Source: Algoriphagus confluentis
Lineage (GTDB): Bacteria; Bacteroidota; Bacteroidia; Cytophagales; Cyclobacteriaceae
Length of the DNA: 64,000 nt
Direction: 5' to 3'
Assembly: GCF_036245625.1 (NCBI RefSeq)
Contig: NZ_BTPD01000004.1
Span: 1-64,000 of the forward strand
Numbering within the stretch: the first letter of the stretch is position 1; each line of letters starts with the position of its first letter. This document shows, piece by piece, positions 47,881-59,646 of this stretch. The notes beneath the pieces are model-generated. The model was not told where the DNA came from. It searched no databases and saw only the letters and a list, made by a program, of their open reading frames with translations. A program made the translations under genes and the position numbers.

Positions 47881-50484
47881 TCATTGATCCAATGCCACGT
47901 TTTTTTGGTTAAAATGAAATCTCCCTGAAACTGGCTCGCCCAATGCATTGACTCCATTGACAACAACCCAAAATGCTTCGACATCTTCTGGTAGCTTGAA
48001 CTGAACCGAAGTGGAGGTCTGATTAGGTGAAATTTTGACACTTGGGTTCCAAAATATAGTGGAGCTAATATCTGAGGCCAAAATCTCAAAATCAACCTTC
48101 TCGTTGTCTAGTCCCCATAGATCATATTCCTTAAAAGGATGGGAATTCTCTTTGGCAAGCTGAATCCCATCTTTCAGAATAATATTTATTGCACCAAATT
48201 CACCCGCCTCGCCTAATGCCACGACGACTGTCGGAATCACTTCTATCCGATCGATATTGAACACATTGATCATAGACAAAGCCTTATACTGATTCTCTGA
48301 ATCATATCCAACCAAAGTAGATCCAGAGGTAGAAGTAATTGGCGAACCATTTACTAATATCTGGGGAGGCCCTAAAGAAGAACCTCTCCTGTTGAGTATA
48401 ATTGGCGGATTTCCTGCAACCCTAAAGCCCGCCACTCGATTGACAAAGGCATACATAAACTGCCTGGTATCACCAGATAAATAAATCCCATCCATTTCAA
48501 GGACTTTATGCGGTTTGCCATAGGGCATCCGATAAAGAGGGTTTTCTTTCACATCATCGACGACTACTTCTTCCAAGAGAATTTCGCCCGCTCTCATCTT
48601 CATATACTCCCTTCTCAGCGAATCTATATAGGGTAGAGAATTAGAAATCATTTTCGTTTTGGGAAAATGGATTTTTGAAAAATCCACTTGATTAGGTGAA
48701 GACACGTAGGTGATATCGATATTTTTCAGTTGATCACCATTGAAGTTGCGGCCCTTTACAGCGAGAGAAAACTTTCCTTCAAATTGCAATTTCTCCAGAT
48801 AAAAATTCCCAAATAAATCTGTACTTAATTCCCTTCTATCCAAAAAACCATTCACTAATACTTCCAACTTGGATCTATCCACAAACGCAGTCGAGTCACT
48901 CACTTTTCCTTTTAGAATAAATCCATACTCCTTGTCCAATTTGAACCTTTCCAAATCAAAAGCGGGGGATTTCCTCTCAATTTTTAAAAATTCCACAAAG
49001 GAATTCAATTCAGAATTCTGCAAAATCAGAGCATCATCTTTAAGGATTGAGACAGAAAGATTGCCACCAATGACTTGGCCATTCACTCCATTTAACATGA
49101 AGTTTAGCTTCACTGAATCTTGGGCTTGGTAAATTTCCTTATCTGTAAATGCTGAGATTCCTTTTCCATAAGTACCTGATAGATCTGTATCTTTTTGCCA
49201 ATTGGCAGTCAATACTTGAATAGGTTTGACATATTCAGACCCCAATCCATAATTTGATCCCCAAAGGGTATATGCTTTTACTACAAAATCTCTGGTATCT
49301 AACTCAGGTCCCAAATTGATTTTGCCTTCGGCCATGCCATTTTTCAAGGAAAAAATCTTGTGAATTTTCGAATTTCCTAAGGTATCCAGAATTTCTACAT
49401 GGAGAATTTTGCTTGATTCAGCCACCATCAACGGATTCCCGAAGATCATGAAGGCTTTGAAATATAAATTATCCCCGATTAGGTAAATATCTCTGTCAGT
49501 ATGTAAAAAAACACTCTCTTTTAAGTTTTCGACAGTAGGATCCAATTGAGCCAAGGTCTGTGTTTGCTCATAATTAAAATCATCAGGAAGGAACAGTAAG
49601 GGATTTTGGAAACTTTCATTTTTGGCGTTTACCAAATCACGATTCACGGGTACACCATTTGCTCGAATCAGGATTTCTGTATCTCCTACATCAAACCCAG
49701 TATTTATCTTTCCTGGATTCTTGATTTTGAAAAAAAATTCTCCTTTCGTGTTGGTCGAACTTAGCGTAACTTGGTCTGGCTCTTCAGATATGAGTCTCCT
49801 GATTTTATAGACCGGAGACTTTTCATACAGGGCTACTCGCTTTTCTTGCTGTAACTTACTTTCCTCAGCTGAATTGGGACTAATTTCAAGGTAGGCAATT
49901 GCAATATCAGCTGAATTCCATTCACTTTTTAAAAGAATAGGATTTCTTAGCCACATAGAAATCAAATAGGAGCTTTCCAGGTTTTGGATCAAGATCATTT
50001 CCCTAGCATATACCCAGGTTTGTTTATCCTTTTCAATAAACTCCAGAACTTCTGGGTTTACCAAAATGATTTCTTCTTCACTTGAGGCTCCCCTGACCAG
50101 CATTCGACGGAAGGCTTCTAAATTCCTTTTATGTGTAGCAAATTTTATTTTTTGACTTGGGACAGTTTGTAAATCAGTTTCCAACAAAATTTGAATCGGA
50201 AAAATGGATTGTTCGGGATAGCCCACCACGACATCTATTTCCTTAAGTAAAAAGCCTTCTTTTCCTACCATTAACTTCCACGAGCCAAAAGGAACTCCAG
50301 CTAGAGTGAAACTTCCCGTACTATCCGTAAATGACTGGTAACTTGTGCCCGGAATAAAAACTTGACTTTGGAAAATAGCCTGATCAGACTCCAGAGTGCT
50401 GACCACTCCTTTGACCACTCCGGTCTGCGCCCATAAGCCAAAACTGGTCCCCAGCACTAACGAGAAAAATAATAAAACTTTCAT
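47881..50484 (-). CDS. Carboxypeptidase-regulatory-like domain protein with a C-terminal TonB-plug-like domain (no obvious barrel)
   Basis: Signal peptide, GVVKGVVSTLESDQAIFQSQVFIPGTSYQSFTDSTGSFTL (CarbopepD_reg-like), and a C-terminal ...ILVNGSPI...INVFNIDRIEVIP plug-like region. Confidence 0.5.
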   Translation of the reverse strand: MKVLLFFSLVLGTSFGLWAQTGVVKGVVSTLESDQAIFQSQVFIPGTSYQSFTDSTGSFTLAGVPFGSWKLMVGKEGFLLKEIDVVVGYPEQSIFPIQILLETDLQTVPSQKIKFATHKRNLEAFRRMLVRGASSEEEIILVNPEVLEFIEKDKQTWVYAREMILIQNLESSYLISMWLRNPILLKSEWNSADIAIAYLEISPNSAEESKLQQEKRVALYEKSPVYKIRRLISEEPDQVTLSSTNTKGEFFFKIKNPGKINTGFDVGDTEILIRANGVPVNRDLVNAKNESFQNPLLFLPDDFNYEQTQTLAQLDPTVENLKESVFLHTDRDIYLIGDNLYFKAFMIFGNPLMVAESSKILHVEILDTLGNSKIHKIFSLKNGMAEGKINLGPELDTRDFVVKAYTLWGSNYGLGSEYVKPIQVLTANWQKDTDLSGTYGKGISAFTDKEIYQAQDSVKLNFMLNGVNGQVIGGNLSVSILKDDALILQNSELNSFVEFLKIERKSPAFDLERFKLDKEYGFILKGKVSDSTAFVDRSKLEVLVNGFLDRRELSTDLFGNFYLEKLQFEGKFSLAVKGRNFNGDQLKNIDITYVSSPNQVDFSKIHFPKTKMISNSLPYIDSLRREYMKMRAGEILLEEVVVDDVKENPLYRMPYGKPHKVLEMDGIYLSGDTRQFMYAFVNRVAGFRVAGNPPIILNRRGSSLGPPQILVNGSPITSTSGSTLVGYDSENQYKALSMINVFNIDRIEVIPTVVVALGEAGEFGAINIILKDGIQLAKENSHPFKEYDLWGLDNEKVDFEILASDISSTIFWNPSVKISPNQTSTSVQFKLPEDVEAFWVVVNGVNALGEPVSGRFHFNQKNVALDQ

Positions 50485-50619
50485 TTTAGAAAATTTGGTT
50501 TTAATAAAAATATAAAATTAGTCTAAAATAAAAAATTGAGACTCAGCCGTGTTTCAAATATTAAATAAAAAAACCATTCCGATTGTTCCGGAATGGTTTT
50601 AAAGTCAGGTTGACTAAAT

Positions 50620-52020
50620 CTAAATATGCAGGGCTCTGTTGTCGGTAGCCGAAAGGCAGGCCTCTTTGAAGGCTTCCGTATAAGTAGGGTGAGCGTGGGA
50701 CATCCTGGCAATATCCTCAGCCGAAGCCCGATATTCCATGGCTACTACTGCCTCAGCGATCATGTCCGCTGTTCGTGGACCGATCATATGAACTCCAAGG
50801 ATTTCGTCTGTTTCCGCATCGGCTAGGACCTTAACCAATCCATCCGTATCCATAGAGGCTCTGGCTCTGCCGGAGGCCATAAAAGGAAACTTTCCTGCTT
50901 TGTATTTTCTACCATTTTCTTTCAATTGCTCCTCAGTATATCCTACGGAAGCTACTTCAGGCCAAGTATAGACCACCCCGGGGATAAGCAAGTAATTGAT
51001 GTGAGGCTTTTGACCAGCGATGGTCTCAGCTACAAATACCCCTTCTTCCTCTGCTTTGTGAGCGAGCATCGCTCCTTTGATGACGTCGCCGATAGCATAA
51101 ATATTAGGCACAGAGGTCTGCAGATGTTCATTAACTTCGACCTGACCTCTTTCATTCAGTTTCACTCCAGCAGCTTCTGCATTCAAGCCATCCGTGTAGG
51201 GCTTTCTGCCGATGGAAACTAACACAAAATCCCCTTTGATCTCAATGGTTTCACCTTTTCCGTTCTCAGCTTTGACGATTACTTCTTTGCCTTTATTCTC
51301 CACCGAAGTAACCTTGTGCTTGAGGTAAAATTCAAAACCCAGCTTTTTGAGGGACTTTTGCAGCTCCTTGCCCATGGTTTTGTCCATAGATGGGATCAAA
51401 GAATCCATGAATTCAACAACAGAAACCTTAGCCCCCATTCTTCCATAGACCGAACCCAGTTCCATGCCGATCACACCCCCGCCAATCACGATTAAGTGCT
51501 TGGGAATTTCTTTCATTTTCAAAGCCTCGGTGGAAGTGATTATTCTGTCTTTGTCCAATTTGATGAAGGGCAAGGAGGCAGGTTTTGATCCAGTAGCAAT
51601 GATGATGTTTTTACCTTGGATCTCTTCCGATTTTCCGTCTTCCTTGGTAATCTTGATTGTGTTTTTGTCAACAAAAGAGCCCATTCCGTGATGGACATCG
51701 ATTTTGTTTTTCTTCATGAGAAATTGAATCCCATCCACATTCTGCTTCACCACATCGTCTTTTCGGGCGATCATCTGCTTCAAATCCACTTTGAGATTGG
51801 ACAGATTGATTCCGTGGGTTTTAAAGGTATGGGCAGCATTGTGGTAATGCTCAGATGAATCCAAAAGTGCTTTGGAAGGGATACAGCCTACATTGAGGCA
51901 TGTACCACCCAAAGTGGAATATTTTTCAATTATCGCGGTTTTCATTCCAAGTTGAGCAGCACGGATAGCTGCCACATAACCACCTGGACCAGAACCGATT
52001 ACTATTAGATCGTAATTCAT
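50620..52020 (-). CDS. lpd: Dihydrolipoyl dehydrogenase (E3)
   Basis: GSGPGGY FAD motif, redox-active disulfide GGTCLNVGCIPSK, and 466 aa. Confidence 0.9.
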   Translation of the reverse strand: MNYDLIVIGSGPGGYVAAIRAAQLGMKTAIIEKYSTLGGTCLNVGCIPSKALLDSSEHYHNAAHTFKTHGINLSNLKVDLKQMIARKDDVVKQNVDGIQFLMKKNKIDVHHGMGSFVDKNTIKITKEDGKSEEIQGKNIIIATGSKPASLPFIKLDKDRIITSTEALKMKEIPKHLIVIGGGVIGMELGSVYGRMGAKVSVVEFMDSLIPSMDKTMGKELQKSLKKLGFEFYLKHKVTSVENKGKEVIVKAENGKGETIEIKGDFVLVSIGRKPYTDGLNAEAAGVKLNERGQVEVNEHLQTSVPNIYAIGDVIKGAMLAHKAEEEGVFVAETIAGQKPHINYLLIPGVVYTWPEVASVGYTEEQLKENGRKYKAGKFPFMASGRARASMDTDGLVKVLADAETDEILGVHMIGPRTADMIAEAVVAMEYRASAEDIARMSHAHPTYTEAFKEACLSATDNRALHI

Positions 52021-52464
52021 TTTACCTGTTTTTATAGGTTATGTTTAATTCAGTAACTACTATTCGAGTATGTGGTATTTGGTATTTAGAGCGCTTTTAT
52101 CAGGTTAATCAACATCTTCTTGATAATCTCGGACTTATTCCGATAATCGGAATACTCCGACTCCTGACTATACCCAAGCCGATGGGCAAGGAGCAATTCA
52201 TTTTCTACTTCGATTAGAGAACCAAGAGAATAATGGAGAAAATTCCGAAACTCGGGATTTCCTCCTCTACCTGCACCCTCTGTAATAGTATTGGATATCG
52301 AATAAGCCGCTCAATTGGTATGGGTTACCTGTGCGTATTTCTCAAAAACCGGATACTTCCTAGTTCTCAGACTAATTTCCACAGCAAAGTCTACAGCTTT
52401 TTTGTAAACTTCCAAATCCTCATATCAGGGTCTTCCCATACCCGATTCTACCTACCAAATACCG

Positions 52465-54003
52465 TTAAACTCCAAACAACAGCCTAGTTGGATCCTCCAA
52501 GAGCTGCTTCACTCTTACCAGGAAGCTGACCGATTCACGCCCGTCGATGATTCTGTGATCGTAAGAAAGCGCCACATACATCATTGGTAGGATTTTTACT
52601 TCTCCGTTGACAGCCATTGGTCTCTCTACAATATTGTGCATACCCAAGATGGCTGATTGAGGTGCATTGATGATCGGTGTGGACATCATGGACCCAAAGA
52701 CTCCACCATTGGTGATGGTGAATGTACCTCCCGTCATTTCTTCGATAGAAAGCTTGTTGTCTCTCGCTTTGGTAGCCAATCGTACCACCTCTTTTTCGAT
52801 CTGATCAAAACTCATCCCTTCGGCATTTCGGATCACTGGTACCACTAAGCCTTTTGGAGCCGATACTGCAATGGAAATATCACAGTAGTTGTGGTAAATG
52901 ATTTCATTCCCGTCGATCTTAGCATTGACAGCAGGCCATTCTTGAAGAGCCACACATACAGCCTTGGTGAAGAAAGACATAAATCCAAGACCCACACCAT
53001 GTTTTTCTTTAAACTGATCTTTGAATTTAGACCTTAGGTCCATGATAGGCTTCATGTTTACCTCATTGAAAGTGGTCAGCATGGCGGTCTCATTTTTGAC
53101 GGAGACCAATCTTCTGGACACGGTCTTTCTCAAAGAAGACATTTTCTCACGACGCTCATCTCTTGAACCCGACTGAGGTGGAGCTTGTGCTGCTGGAGCA
53201 TCCGATTTGCTTTCTGGTTTGGATTCGGCCTTTGGTGCTGATTTTTCCGCATTTTGAGCATCTTCCTTCGTAATTCTTCCGTCTTTCCCTGTTCCTTTTA
53301 CCTCATCAGGCTTGATTCCCTTTTCTGAAAGAATTTTGGCTGCAGCGGGGGATGCATGCCCAGAAGCATAGGAATCGGATTTGGAAGATGCTGACTTTTC
53401 TTCTTTCTCCTTATCAGGAGCAGTGTCTTCTTTTTCCGGAGCTTCTTCTGTGACCTCAATCTTGCAGATTAGTCCGCCGATTTCCAGTACATCGCCTTCT
53501 TTGGCTACATGACGAAGGATCCCGGTGGCTTCTGCCGGCAATTCAAAAGTGGCTTTATCAGAATCTACCTCGGCGATGATTTCATCCAAGCTGACAAAGT
53601 CTCCGTCTTTCTTGATCCAATTGGCCAAAGTCACTTCAGTAATGGACTCTCCTACTGTCGGGACAATCATTTCTTTTACTTCACCACTTCCACTGGATTG
53701 GGAGGATTTCTTGGCAGGCTTTTCATCTTCCGATGCTTTGGAATCGGCACCCGAATCCGAGTCCGAACCGGATTCTTCAATCACACAAATTAATCCTCCA
53801 ATCTCCACAGTATCTCCTTCTTGTGCTTTGATTTTCACTATGCCTGCTGCTTCTGCAGGAAATTCAAAGGTTGCCTTATCAGACTCAAGTTCACATAGGA
53901 CCTCATCCATCTGAACTTGATCTCCGTCTTTTTTAAACCATTGACCTACGGTGACTTCGGATATGGATTCACCTACGGTAGGCACTCTCATTTCTTTGCT
54001 CAT
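52465..54003 (-). CDS. sucB: Dihydrolipoyllysine-residue succinyltransferase (E2 of 2-oxoglutarate dehydrogenase) with two lipoyl domains
   Basis: Two lipoyl-attachment motifs ([13 protein letters not shown] and [13 protein letters not shown]), Ala/Pro-rich linkers and a catalytic domain with DHRIIDG. It lies immediately downstream of sucA. Confidence 0.85.
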   Translation of the reverse strand: MSKEMRVPTVGESISEVTVGQWFKKDGDQVQMDEVLCELESDKATFEFPAEAAGIVKIKAQEGDTVEIGGLICVIEESGSDSDSGADSKASEDEKPAKKSSQSSGSGEVKEMIVPTVGESITEVTLANWIKKDGDFVSLDEIIAEVDSDKATFELPAEATGILRHVAKEGDVLEIGGLICKIEVTEEAPEKEDTAPDKEKEEKSASSKSDSYASGHASPAAAKILSEKGIKPDEVKGTGKDGRITKEDAQNAEKSAPKAESKPESKSDAPAAQAPPQSGSRDERREKMSSLRKTVSRRLVSVKNETAMLTTFNEVNMKPIMDLRSKFKDQFKEKHGVGLGFMSFFTKAVCVALQEWPAVNAKIDGNEIIYHNYCDISIAVSAPKGLVVPVIRNAEGMSFDQIEKEVVRLATKARDNKLSIEEMTGGTFTITNGGVFGSMMSTPIINAPQSAILGMHNIVERPMAVNGEVKILPMMYVALSYDHRIIDGRESVSFLVRVKQLLEDPTRLLFGV

Positions 54004-54097
54004 GGTTATTTTTTTTATCCCTTCTACTTTCAGAAAGGAGGATTTTACAAATGATTTTTCGGATTGGAGTCTACTTGCCTCCGGTAAAGGAATAAGA

Positions 54098-56887
54098 TTA
54101 AACTTTTAGCGCTTGAGATACAATATTCTTTTGCTCTTCTACATGGACTTTGTTGTAACCGGTAGCCGGAGATGCACTTGGCTTTCGTGCGATGACTTGC
54201 ATCGGTAGATCCTTGTAGAGTAATCTCAAAAGGTAATTCCAATATCCCATGTTTTCGGGTTCTTCCTGTACCCAAACCACCTCAGCATCCTTATACTGAC
54301 TGAGAATGTCCAGGATCTGTTTCTTTGGAAGAGGGTGAAGCTGCTCTATGCGGATAATCGCCACATTTTTGACTTTTTCTTTTTCCCTCGCTTCTTCCAG
54401 GTCATAGTAGACTTTACCTGTACAGAGAATTACTTTTTTCACATCTCTTGGAGTCACAGTTGTATCTGGAAGTACTTCTCTGAATCTTCCAGAAGTAAAC
54501 TCCGAAAGTGGGGAAATCACCTTGGGGTGACGAAGCAGGGATTTAGGTGACATGACTATACAGGGTTTCCTAAACTCCCAAGTCAATTGTCTTCTCAGCA
54601 AATGGAAGAAGTTGGATGGTTCGGTCACATTGGCAACCACCATGTTGTACTCTGCCGAAAGCTGAAGAAAACGCTCAGGACGAGCATTGGAATGTTCTGG
54701 ACCTTGACCTTCGTAGCCGTGAGGCAAAAGCATCACAATTCCATTTTGCTTTTGCCATTTGGATTCGCCTGAGGAAATGAACTGGTCAATCATGGTCTGT
54801 GCCCCATTGGCAAAATCACCAAACTGCCCTTCCCAAATGGTCAAAGAGTTGGGATTGGCCATTGCGTATCCATATTCAAAACCCAACACAGCATATTCTG
54901 AAAGAAGAGAATTATAAATATGAAACTGCCCCTTTCTATCCTTCATTTCCTTTAGGGAGTTGTAAGGCTGATTTGTGTTGGCATCATGGAGGACCGCATG
55001 TCGGTGGGAGAAGGTCCCTCTCTGAACGTCTTGCCCGGTGATTCGTACGGTTTTTCCATCCAATAGCAAGCTCCCATAAGCCAAAAGTTCCGCCGCCGCC
55101 CAGTTCAACTCTTTGGATTCAAAGAACATGTCTTTTCTTTGCTTCATTTGAACCTCAATCTGCTTGATTGGCTTGAATCCTTTAGGAATTGCAGTCAAAG
55201 CCTCTGCAACTTTTGTAATATGAGCTTCCTGAATACCCGTCTCCGGAGATTGTTCAAAATCCTCCGGCTTGGAACGGCGAAGACTGCCCCATTCTCTCTC
55301 AAACTTAGTGGCTTGGTAAGGCAAAGGCTTTTCTTTCACCATATTCAGCCTATCCTGGAGTAGTTGCCTGAATTCTTCATCCATTTGGGCGGCTATCTTG
55401 GCATCGAAATCCCCTCTTTCTGTCAACCTTTTGATATAGATCTCTCTGGGATTGGGATGCTTGGAAATGATATTATAAAGCTCAGGCTGTGTGAATTTAG
55501 GTTCGTCAGATTCGTTGTGTCCATGCCGTCTGTAGCAAACCATATCCACAAAGATGTCCTTACTGAATTTTTGACGGAACTCAGCGGCTATCTTGGCAGC
55601 AAAAACTACCGCCTCTGCATTATCCCCATTCACGTGAATCACAGGTGCATCGATAATTTTAGCCACATCTGTACAATAGATTGAAGACCGGGCATCATCA
55701 AAGTCCGTAGTAAAACCTACTTGGTTATTGATGACAAAATGGATGGTACCTCCGGTATTATATCCCTTCAAGCCTGCCATTTGAGTCACTTCGTAGACAA
55801 TTCCCTGACCGGCAACAGCTGCATCCCCATGGATCAGAATTGGAAGTGCCTTCTTGGCATTGCCCTGATGTTCGGAATCAATTTTGGCTCGAATAAAGCC
55901 CTCAACTACGGGATTTACAGCTTCAAGGTGGGAAGGATTGGGAGCAAGTTTGAGGTGAACTTTGTTTTCTTCGGGAGTGACAATATCTGAAGAGTAGCCC
56001 ATGTGGTATTTGACGTCACCGTCACCCATCGTTAAGTCTGGCTTGGCCGTACCTTCAAACTCGGAAAAAATCTGCTCATAGGTTTTACCCATGATATTGG
56101 CCAAGACATTCAGTCTACCTCGGTGAGCCATCCCTATCATAACCTCCTCTACTCCGTGCTTGGCAGAGGTATTGATGACCGCATCCAAAAATGGAATAGT
56201 GCTTTCACCCCCCTCTAAGGAAAATCGCTTCTGCCCTAGATATTTGGTATGAAGGAAGTTTTCAAAAACTACAGCTTGATTCAGTTTAAAGAGGATTCTT
56301 TTTTTCTCGTCCACAGAAGGATTGAAAGCCAAAGCCTCTTTCTCTACTTTGGTTTTGAACCAATCCAGCATCTCCGGATCGCGGATGTACAGGTATTCAA
56401 AGCCCATAGGGCCTTCATAGATTGTTTTGAGTGCAGAAATGATCTCAGAAAGCTTGGCACTTCCGATTCCGATTTCCTTTCCTGCCTGGAAAACCGTGCT
56501 CATATCACTATCCCCCAATCCAAAATCCTGAGGATCGATCAAGGCTTTTCTATCCCTGCGCTCACGGACTGGATTGGTTTTGGATCTCAAATGGGCTCGC
56601 GATCTGTGGGCGTGAATCAAAGCACGAACCTTTATCTCCTTGGGAAGCTGCTCCATGTCCATAATTGTTCCTGGGGTAGCCAATGAACCATTTTTTGGAG
56701 TTGAAGAGGAAGAATCTGGAGTCGAAGAACCGTTTTCGTCTTGTCCATAATTGGCCAGAGCAAAGTCAAATCCTTCAAAAAATTCTTTCCAGCTTGGGTC
56801 TATTGAGGAAGGGTCGGTTTTGAATGAGGAGTACAACTCATCAATGTAGGAAACATGCGCATTGGCGATGTATGAAAATCTATCCAT
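54098..56887 (-). CDS. sucA: 2-oxoglutarate dehydrogenase E1 component
   Basis: About 930 aa with a typical N-terminus [19 protein letters not shown] and ThDP-dependent E1o architecture. Start chosen at MDRFSY. Confidence 0.85.
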   Translation of the reverse strand: MDRFSYIANAHVSYIDELYSSFKTDPSSIDPSWKEFFEGFDFALANYGQDENGSSTPDSSSSTPKNGSLATPGTIMDMEQLPKEIKVRALIHAHRSRAHLRSKTNPVRERRDRKALIDPQDFGLGDSDMSTVFQAGKEIGIGSAKLSEIISALKTIYEGPMGFEYLYIRDPEMLDWFKTKVEKEALAFNPSVDEKKRILFKLNQAVVFENFLHTKYLGQKRFSLEGGESTIPFLDAVINTSAKHGVEEVMIGMAHRGRLNVLANIMGKTYEQIFSEFEGTAKPDLTMGDGDVKYHMGYSSDIVTPEENKVHLKLAPNPSHLEAVNPVVEGFIRAKIDSEHQGNAKKALPILIHGDAAVAGQGIVYEVTQMAGLKGYNTGGTIHFVINNQVGFTTDFDDARSSIYCTDVAKIIDAPVIHVNGDNAEAVVFAAKIAAEFRQKFSKDIFVDMVCYRRHGHNESDEPKFTQPELYNIISKHPNPREIYIKRLTERGDFDAKIAAQMDEEFRQLLQDRLNMVKEKPLPYQATKFEREWGSLRRSKPEDFEQSPETGIQEAHITKVAEALTAIPKGFKPIKQIEVQMKQRKDMFFESKELNWAAAELLAYGSLLLDGKTVRITGQDVQRGTFSHRHAVLHDANTNQPYNSLKEMKDRKGQFHIYNSLLSEYAVLGFEYGYAMANPNSLTIWEGQFGDFANGAQTMIDQFISSGESKWQKQNGIVMLLPHGYEGQGPEHSNARPERFLQLSAEYNMVVANVTEPSNFFHLLRRQLTWEFRKPCIVMSPKSLLRHPKVISPLSEFTSGRFREVLPDTTVTPRDVKKVILCTGKVYYDLEEAREKEKVKNVAIIRIEQLHPLPKKQILDILSQYKDAEVVWVQEEPENMGYWNYLLRLLYKDLPMQVIARKPSASPATGYNKVHVEEQKNIVSQALKV

Positions 56888-57023
56888 GGTGTGTTTTTGA
56901 AAGGCTAACAAAACTAGGATCAAATTGTTAGATTAAAAAATCGCTTATTTGTTTTAGCAAATATTAAAAATAAAAAGAAAAGCAGCGCTTTTCAGCGCTG
57001 CTTTAACTTTCCATTAGGAAGAA

Positions 57024-57959
57024 TTACCTGAAGCTAGGCCAAGGCTTTCCTGCATTAGACTTAATCTCCACAGTACCGAATTCACCGTAAGTATTCTCCC
57101 ACTCAATAGTCAACAACTCCGGAGTAGAGCTGATTACTGTCATAGAATAGGAATCTCCAAATCTGTCAGTACCAGACATAGATAATACGTTACAAGCATC
57201 GTTTATTCTCACGTTTCCGTTGCCCCAAGGAGTACCTGTGTAGCACACACTCCAAGCACCAAAGGTACCATCAGATAGCGTGTATGCCCCCGGTGTACTT
57301 GCCACAGCAGTCCAGGTAATAGAACCTGAAACTGTTCTACCGCAGAAAGTGTCTACTTGGTCAAACTCGTAAGTACCTTCCAAATCAGAAGGACAGATGA
57401 CGGAAACAGGATACTGGAACGGTGATGCATAGAATGGTGCACCCGCTACGTTGGTGGTCACATTGTCCGAGCTGAATCGTCTTCCGAATTTGTCATTCAA
57501 AACCAACCGGAATTCGAAAACGTCACCCCCTTCGATATCTGCCGGTGTCAAACCAACCGCTGAAATTGCAGCAGAAGCGGATACTTCAAAGGAAGTTCTC
57601 AAGAACCGGGAATCTGGATTTGGTTGGAAGTCAGATGCCTGAAGTGTAGTCACTAGAACATCATTAGCAGGGGTGAACTCCAAACCTACACCCGGAATCA
57701 ACCTGCGGTGTCTCACTCGGATTTCCACAGTTTCCACTGTAGCACCATCTTCATTGTCCACTGCTTCGAGTGTCAGGGCAAATCTGGAATTAGCCAGATT
57801 GAAGAAGTTGAAGGTCGTACTGGTTCTGGCAATTGTTCTTAAATAAGCCCCATTGTCGAAGTCGGTGTAAGGCACATTAGGCGTTACCGTATCTCTACAG
57901 GAGCTTAGAAAGACAAGGGCCATTGCGAACAAGCCGAAACTATATTTTAGCATTTTCAT
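57024..57959 (-). CDS. PUL-associated hypothetical lipoprotein (third gene downstream of SusC/SusD)
   Basis: Lipoprotein signal MALVFLSSC. It occupies the position where Sus-like loci usually carry a surface glycan-binding protein. Confidence 0.45.
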   Translation of the reverse strand: MKMLKYSFGLFAMALVFLSSCRDTVTPNVPYTDFDNGAYLRTIARTSTTFNFFNLANSRFALTLEAVDNEDGATVETVEIRVRHRRLIPGVGLEFTPANDVLVTTLQASDFQPNPDSRFLRTSFEVSASAAISAVGLTPADIEGGDVFEFRLVLNDKFGRRFSSDNVTTNVAGAPFYASPFQYPVSVICPSDLEGTYEFDQVDTFCGRTVSGSITWTAVASTPGAYTLSDGTFGAWSVCYTGTPWGNGNVRINDACNVLSMSGTDRFGDSYSMTVISSTPELLTIEWENTYGEFGTVEIKSNAGKPWPSFR

Positions 57960-57977
57960 GTTTTTCTAATTTTTTGG

Positions 57978-59627
57978 TTAATAAATCCAAGGTGAAGGAG
58001 GATTATTATCCCAGAACACCTGCTCCGCGAGATTGGTCCTCGCCGGCGCATTGGTATTGGTTACCGTATAGTTCAATGGATAGAAGAAAGAACGGATAAA
58101 CGGCCCGGGAATTTCTTCCAAAGCAGGCTGCATTCTAAGCGGCATTCCCGTTCTTCTATACAGGTTGTAGGATTCCACTCCACTTCCATATAGAGAGAGC
58201 CAGTATTCTGTTGCGATCACGTTCATCTTTTCAGTGTTATTTGGCGCATCATCATATCGGTCACCAACAAATGCCAAGTAATTGTCTCTTGATCTGGTAA
58301 ACTGATCATCCGGATCAAAGGTACGAATAGCGGCACCCTGAGCACTTGCCAAAGCAAAAGCTCTTACAAAATTCATTTGCTTGGTAATCCCGGAAAGCAT
58401 TAAGGCCTTAGGATTTCCGGTAGTTCCCAGTGTGATTGCAGCTTCTGCCAGCATAAAGTCAACATTAGCTGCCAACATAATAGGATGAATACCAGCGCCT
58501 GCAGCTCCCAAAGTAGGATTGTTTACCGGAGCAGCTGAATTGTCGTCAAAACGACCACCTGCAGGGTAAGTTCCGTAGGCAGTTCTCCTCAACCCATCTG
58601 GTGGAATACCGTCTGGATCCAAGTGATCTCTACCCCAGTAGCCTCTTGTACCCGGGTTACAGTAGATAAATTGACCTACCAAGTATTGAGGAGGAGGGAG
58701 CTGATTGATACACTCTTGCTCATCAGGGTTGGAGGTATTGGTCAGAGACTGACGATACATGTAATACCTTACCCTAGGATCATCAAAGCCTTTTTCTTCA
58801 GTCAAATGCCACATGTAGAAGGTAGACTGATAGTCACCTCCACCGGCGGTATATTGACCTGCAAATTTAGGATGTCTGGAATCCGGGTCAGCTTGTGTAG
58901 TACCGAAACGAAAAACGAAATCATCACCGGTACCCAACATGTTGTTTTCTGCAATCAAAGCATTGATACCCGCCGTAGAGCCAGATGGATCCACCAATCG
59001 TTTGTTGAGGAAGTATCGCAGCTTCAAGGTATTCACAAATTTCACCCAACGAGTGTAATTTCTATTGTAGAAATAGTCATTCGGATTACCGGCAGAGTTT
59101 GCAGTGAAGTGAGCAGCAGCTTCATTCAAAAGACCGAAGGCAGCTTCATAAATCTGGGCTCCAGGATCGACATTGGGATTGAAGTTGGCTGGATCTAAGG
59201 CCTCAGAGAATGGGACATCTCCGAAAGTATCCACCAAGTCAAACAAAACCATGGCTTTGATGGTCTTGGCGATACCCATATGTCTTTGGAAGTTAGACGC
59301 CTCAGCAAGTGGCAGAAGGAAATCAATGTCCGCCAGAACCCCTGCATAGGCAGTAGACCATGCAAAGTTTTTCGACGTTGGTGCATAAGCCAATTCATAC
59401 AGCGCAGAACCTTGATTGATGATTCGGGTGAGTCTTTCGCCATCATCAGACATGCTAAACCAAAGATCCTGATAATCTAACTGTATTCTGTTCAACAGAA
59501 AATCCGGAGAAGCCGTCTGGGCGTTTACAGCATTTGGGTTCTCCAAAAGTTCATCCAATTTATCTTCACATGACGTGGCAAAAAGCAAGCTGCCTGCCAA
59601 GGTCATGCTATATAGAATTCTTTTCAT
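57978..59627 (-). CDS. susD: SusD/RagB-family nutrient-binding outer-membrane lipoprotein
   Basis: Lipoprotein signal LLFATSC, 549 aa, and a position 19 nt downstream of the SusC-like gene. Confidence 0.8.
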   Translation of the reverse strand: MKRILYSMTLAGSLLFATSCEDKLDELLENPNAVNAQTASPDFLLNRIQLDYQDLWFSMSDDGERLTRIINQGSALYELAYAPTSKNFAWSTAYAGVLADIDFLLPLAEASNFQRHMGIAKTIKAMVLFDLVDTFGDVPFSEALDPANFNPNVDPGAQIYEAAFGLLNEAAAHFTANSAGNPNDYFYNRNYTRWVKFVNTLKLRYFLNKRLVDPSGSTAGINALIAENNMLGTGDDFVFRFGTTQADPDSRHPKFAGQYTAGGGDYQSTFYMWHLTEEKGFDDPRVRYYMYRQSLTNTSNPDEQECINQLPPPQYLVGQFIYCNPGTRGYWGRDHLDPDGIPPDGLRRTAYGTYPAGGRFDDNSAAPVNNPTLGAAGAGIHPIMLAANVDFMLAEAAITLGTTGNPKALMLSGITKQMNFVRAFALASAQGAAIRTFDPDDQFTRSRDNYLAFVGDRYDDAPNNTEKMNVIATEYWLSLYGSGVESYNLYRRTGMPLRMQPALEEIPGPFIRSFFYPLNYTVTNTNAPARTNLAEQVFWDNNPPSPWIY

Positions 59628-59646
59628 AATTGTGTCTGTTTTAGGG

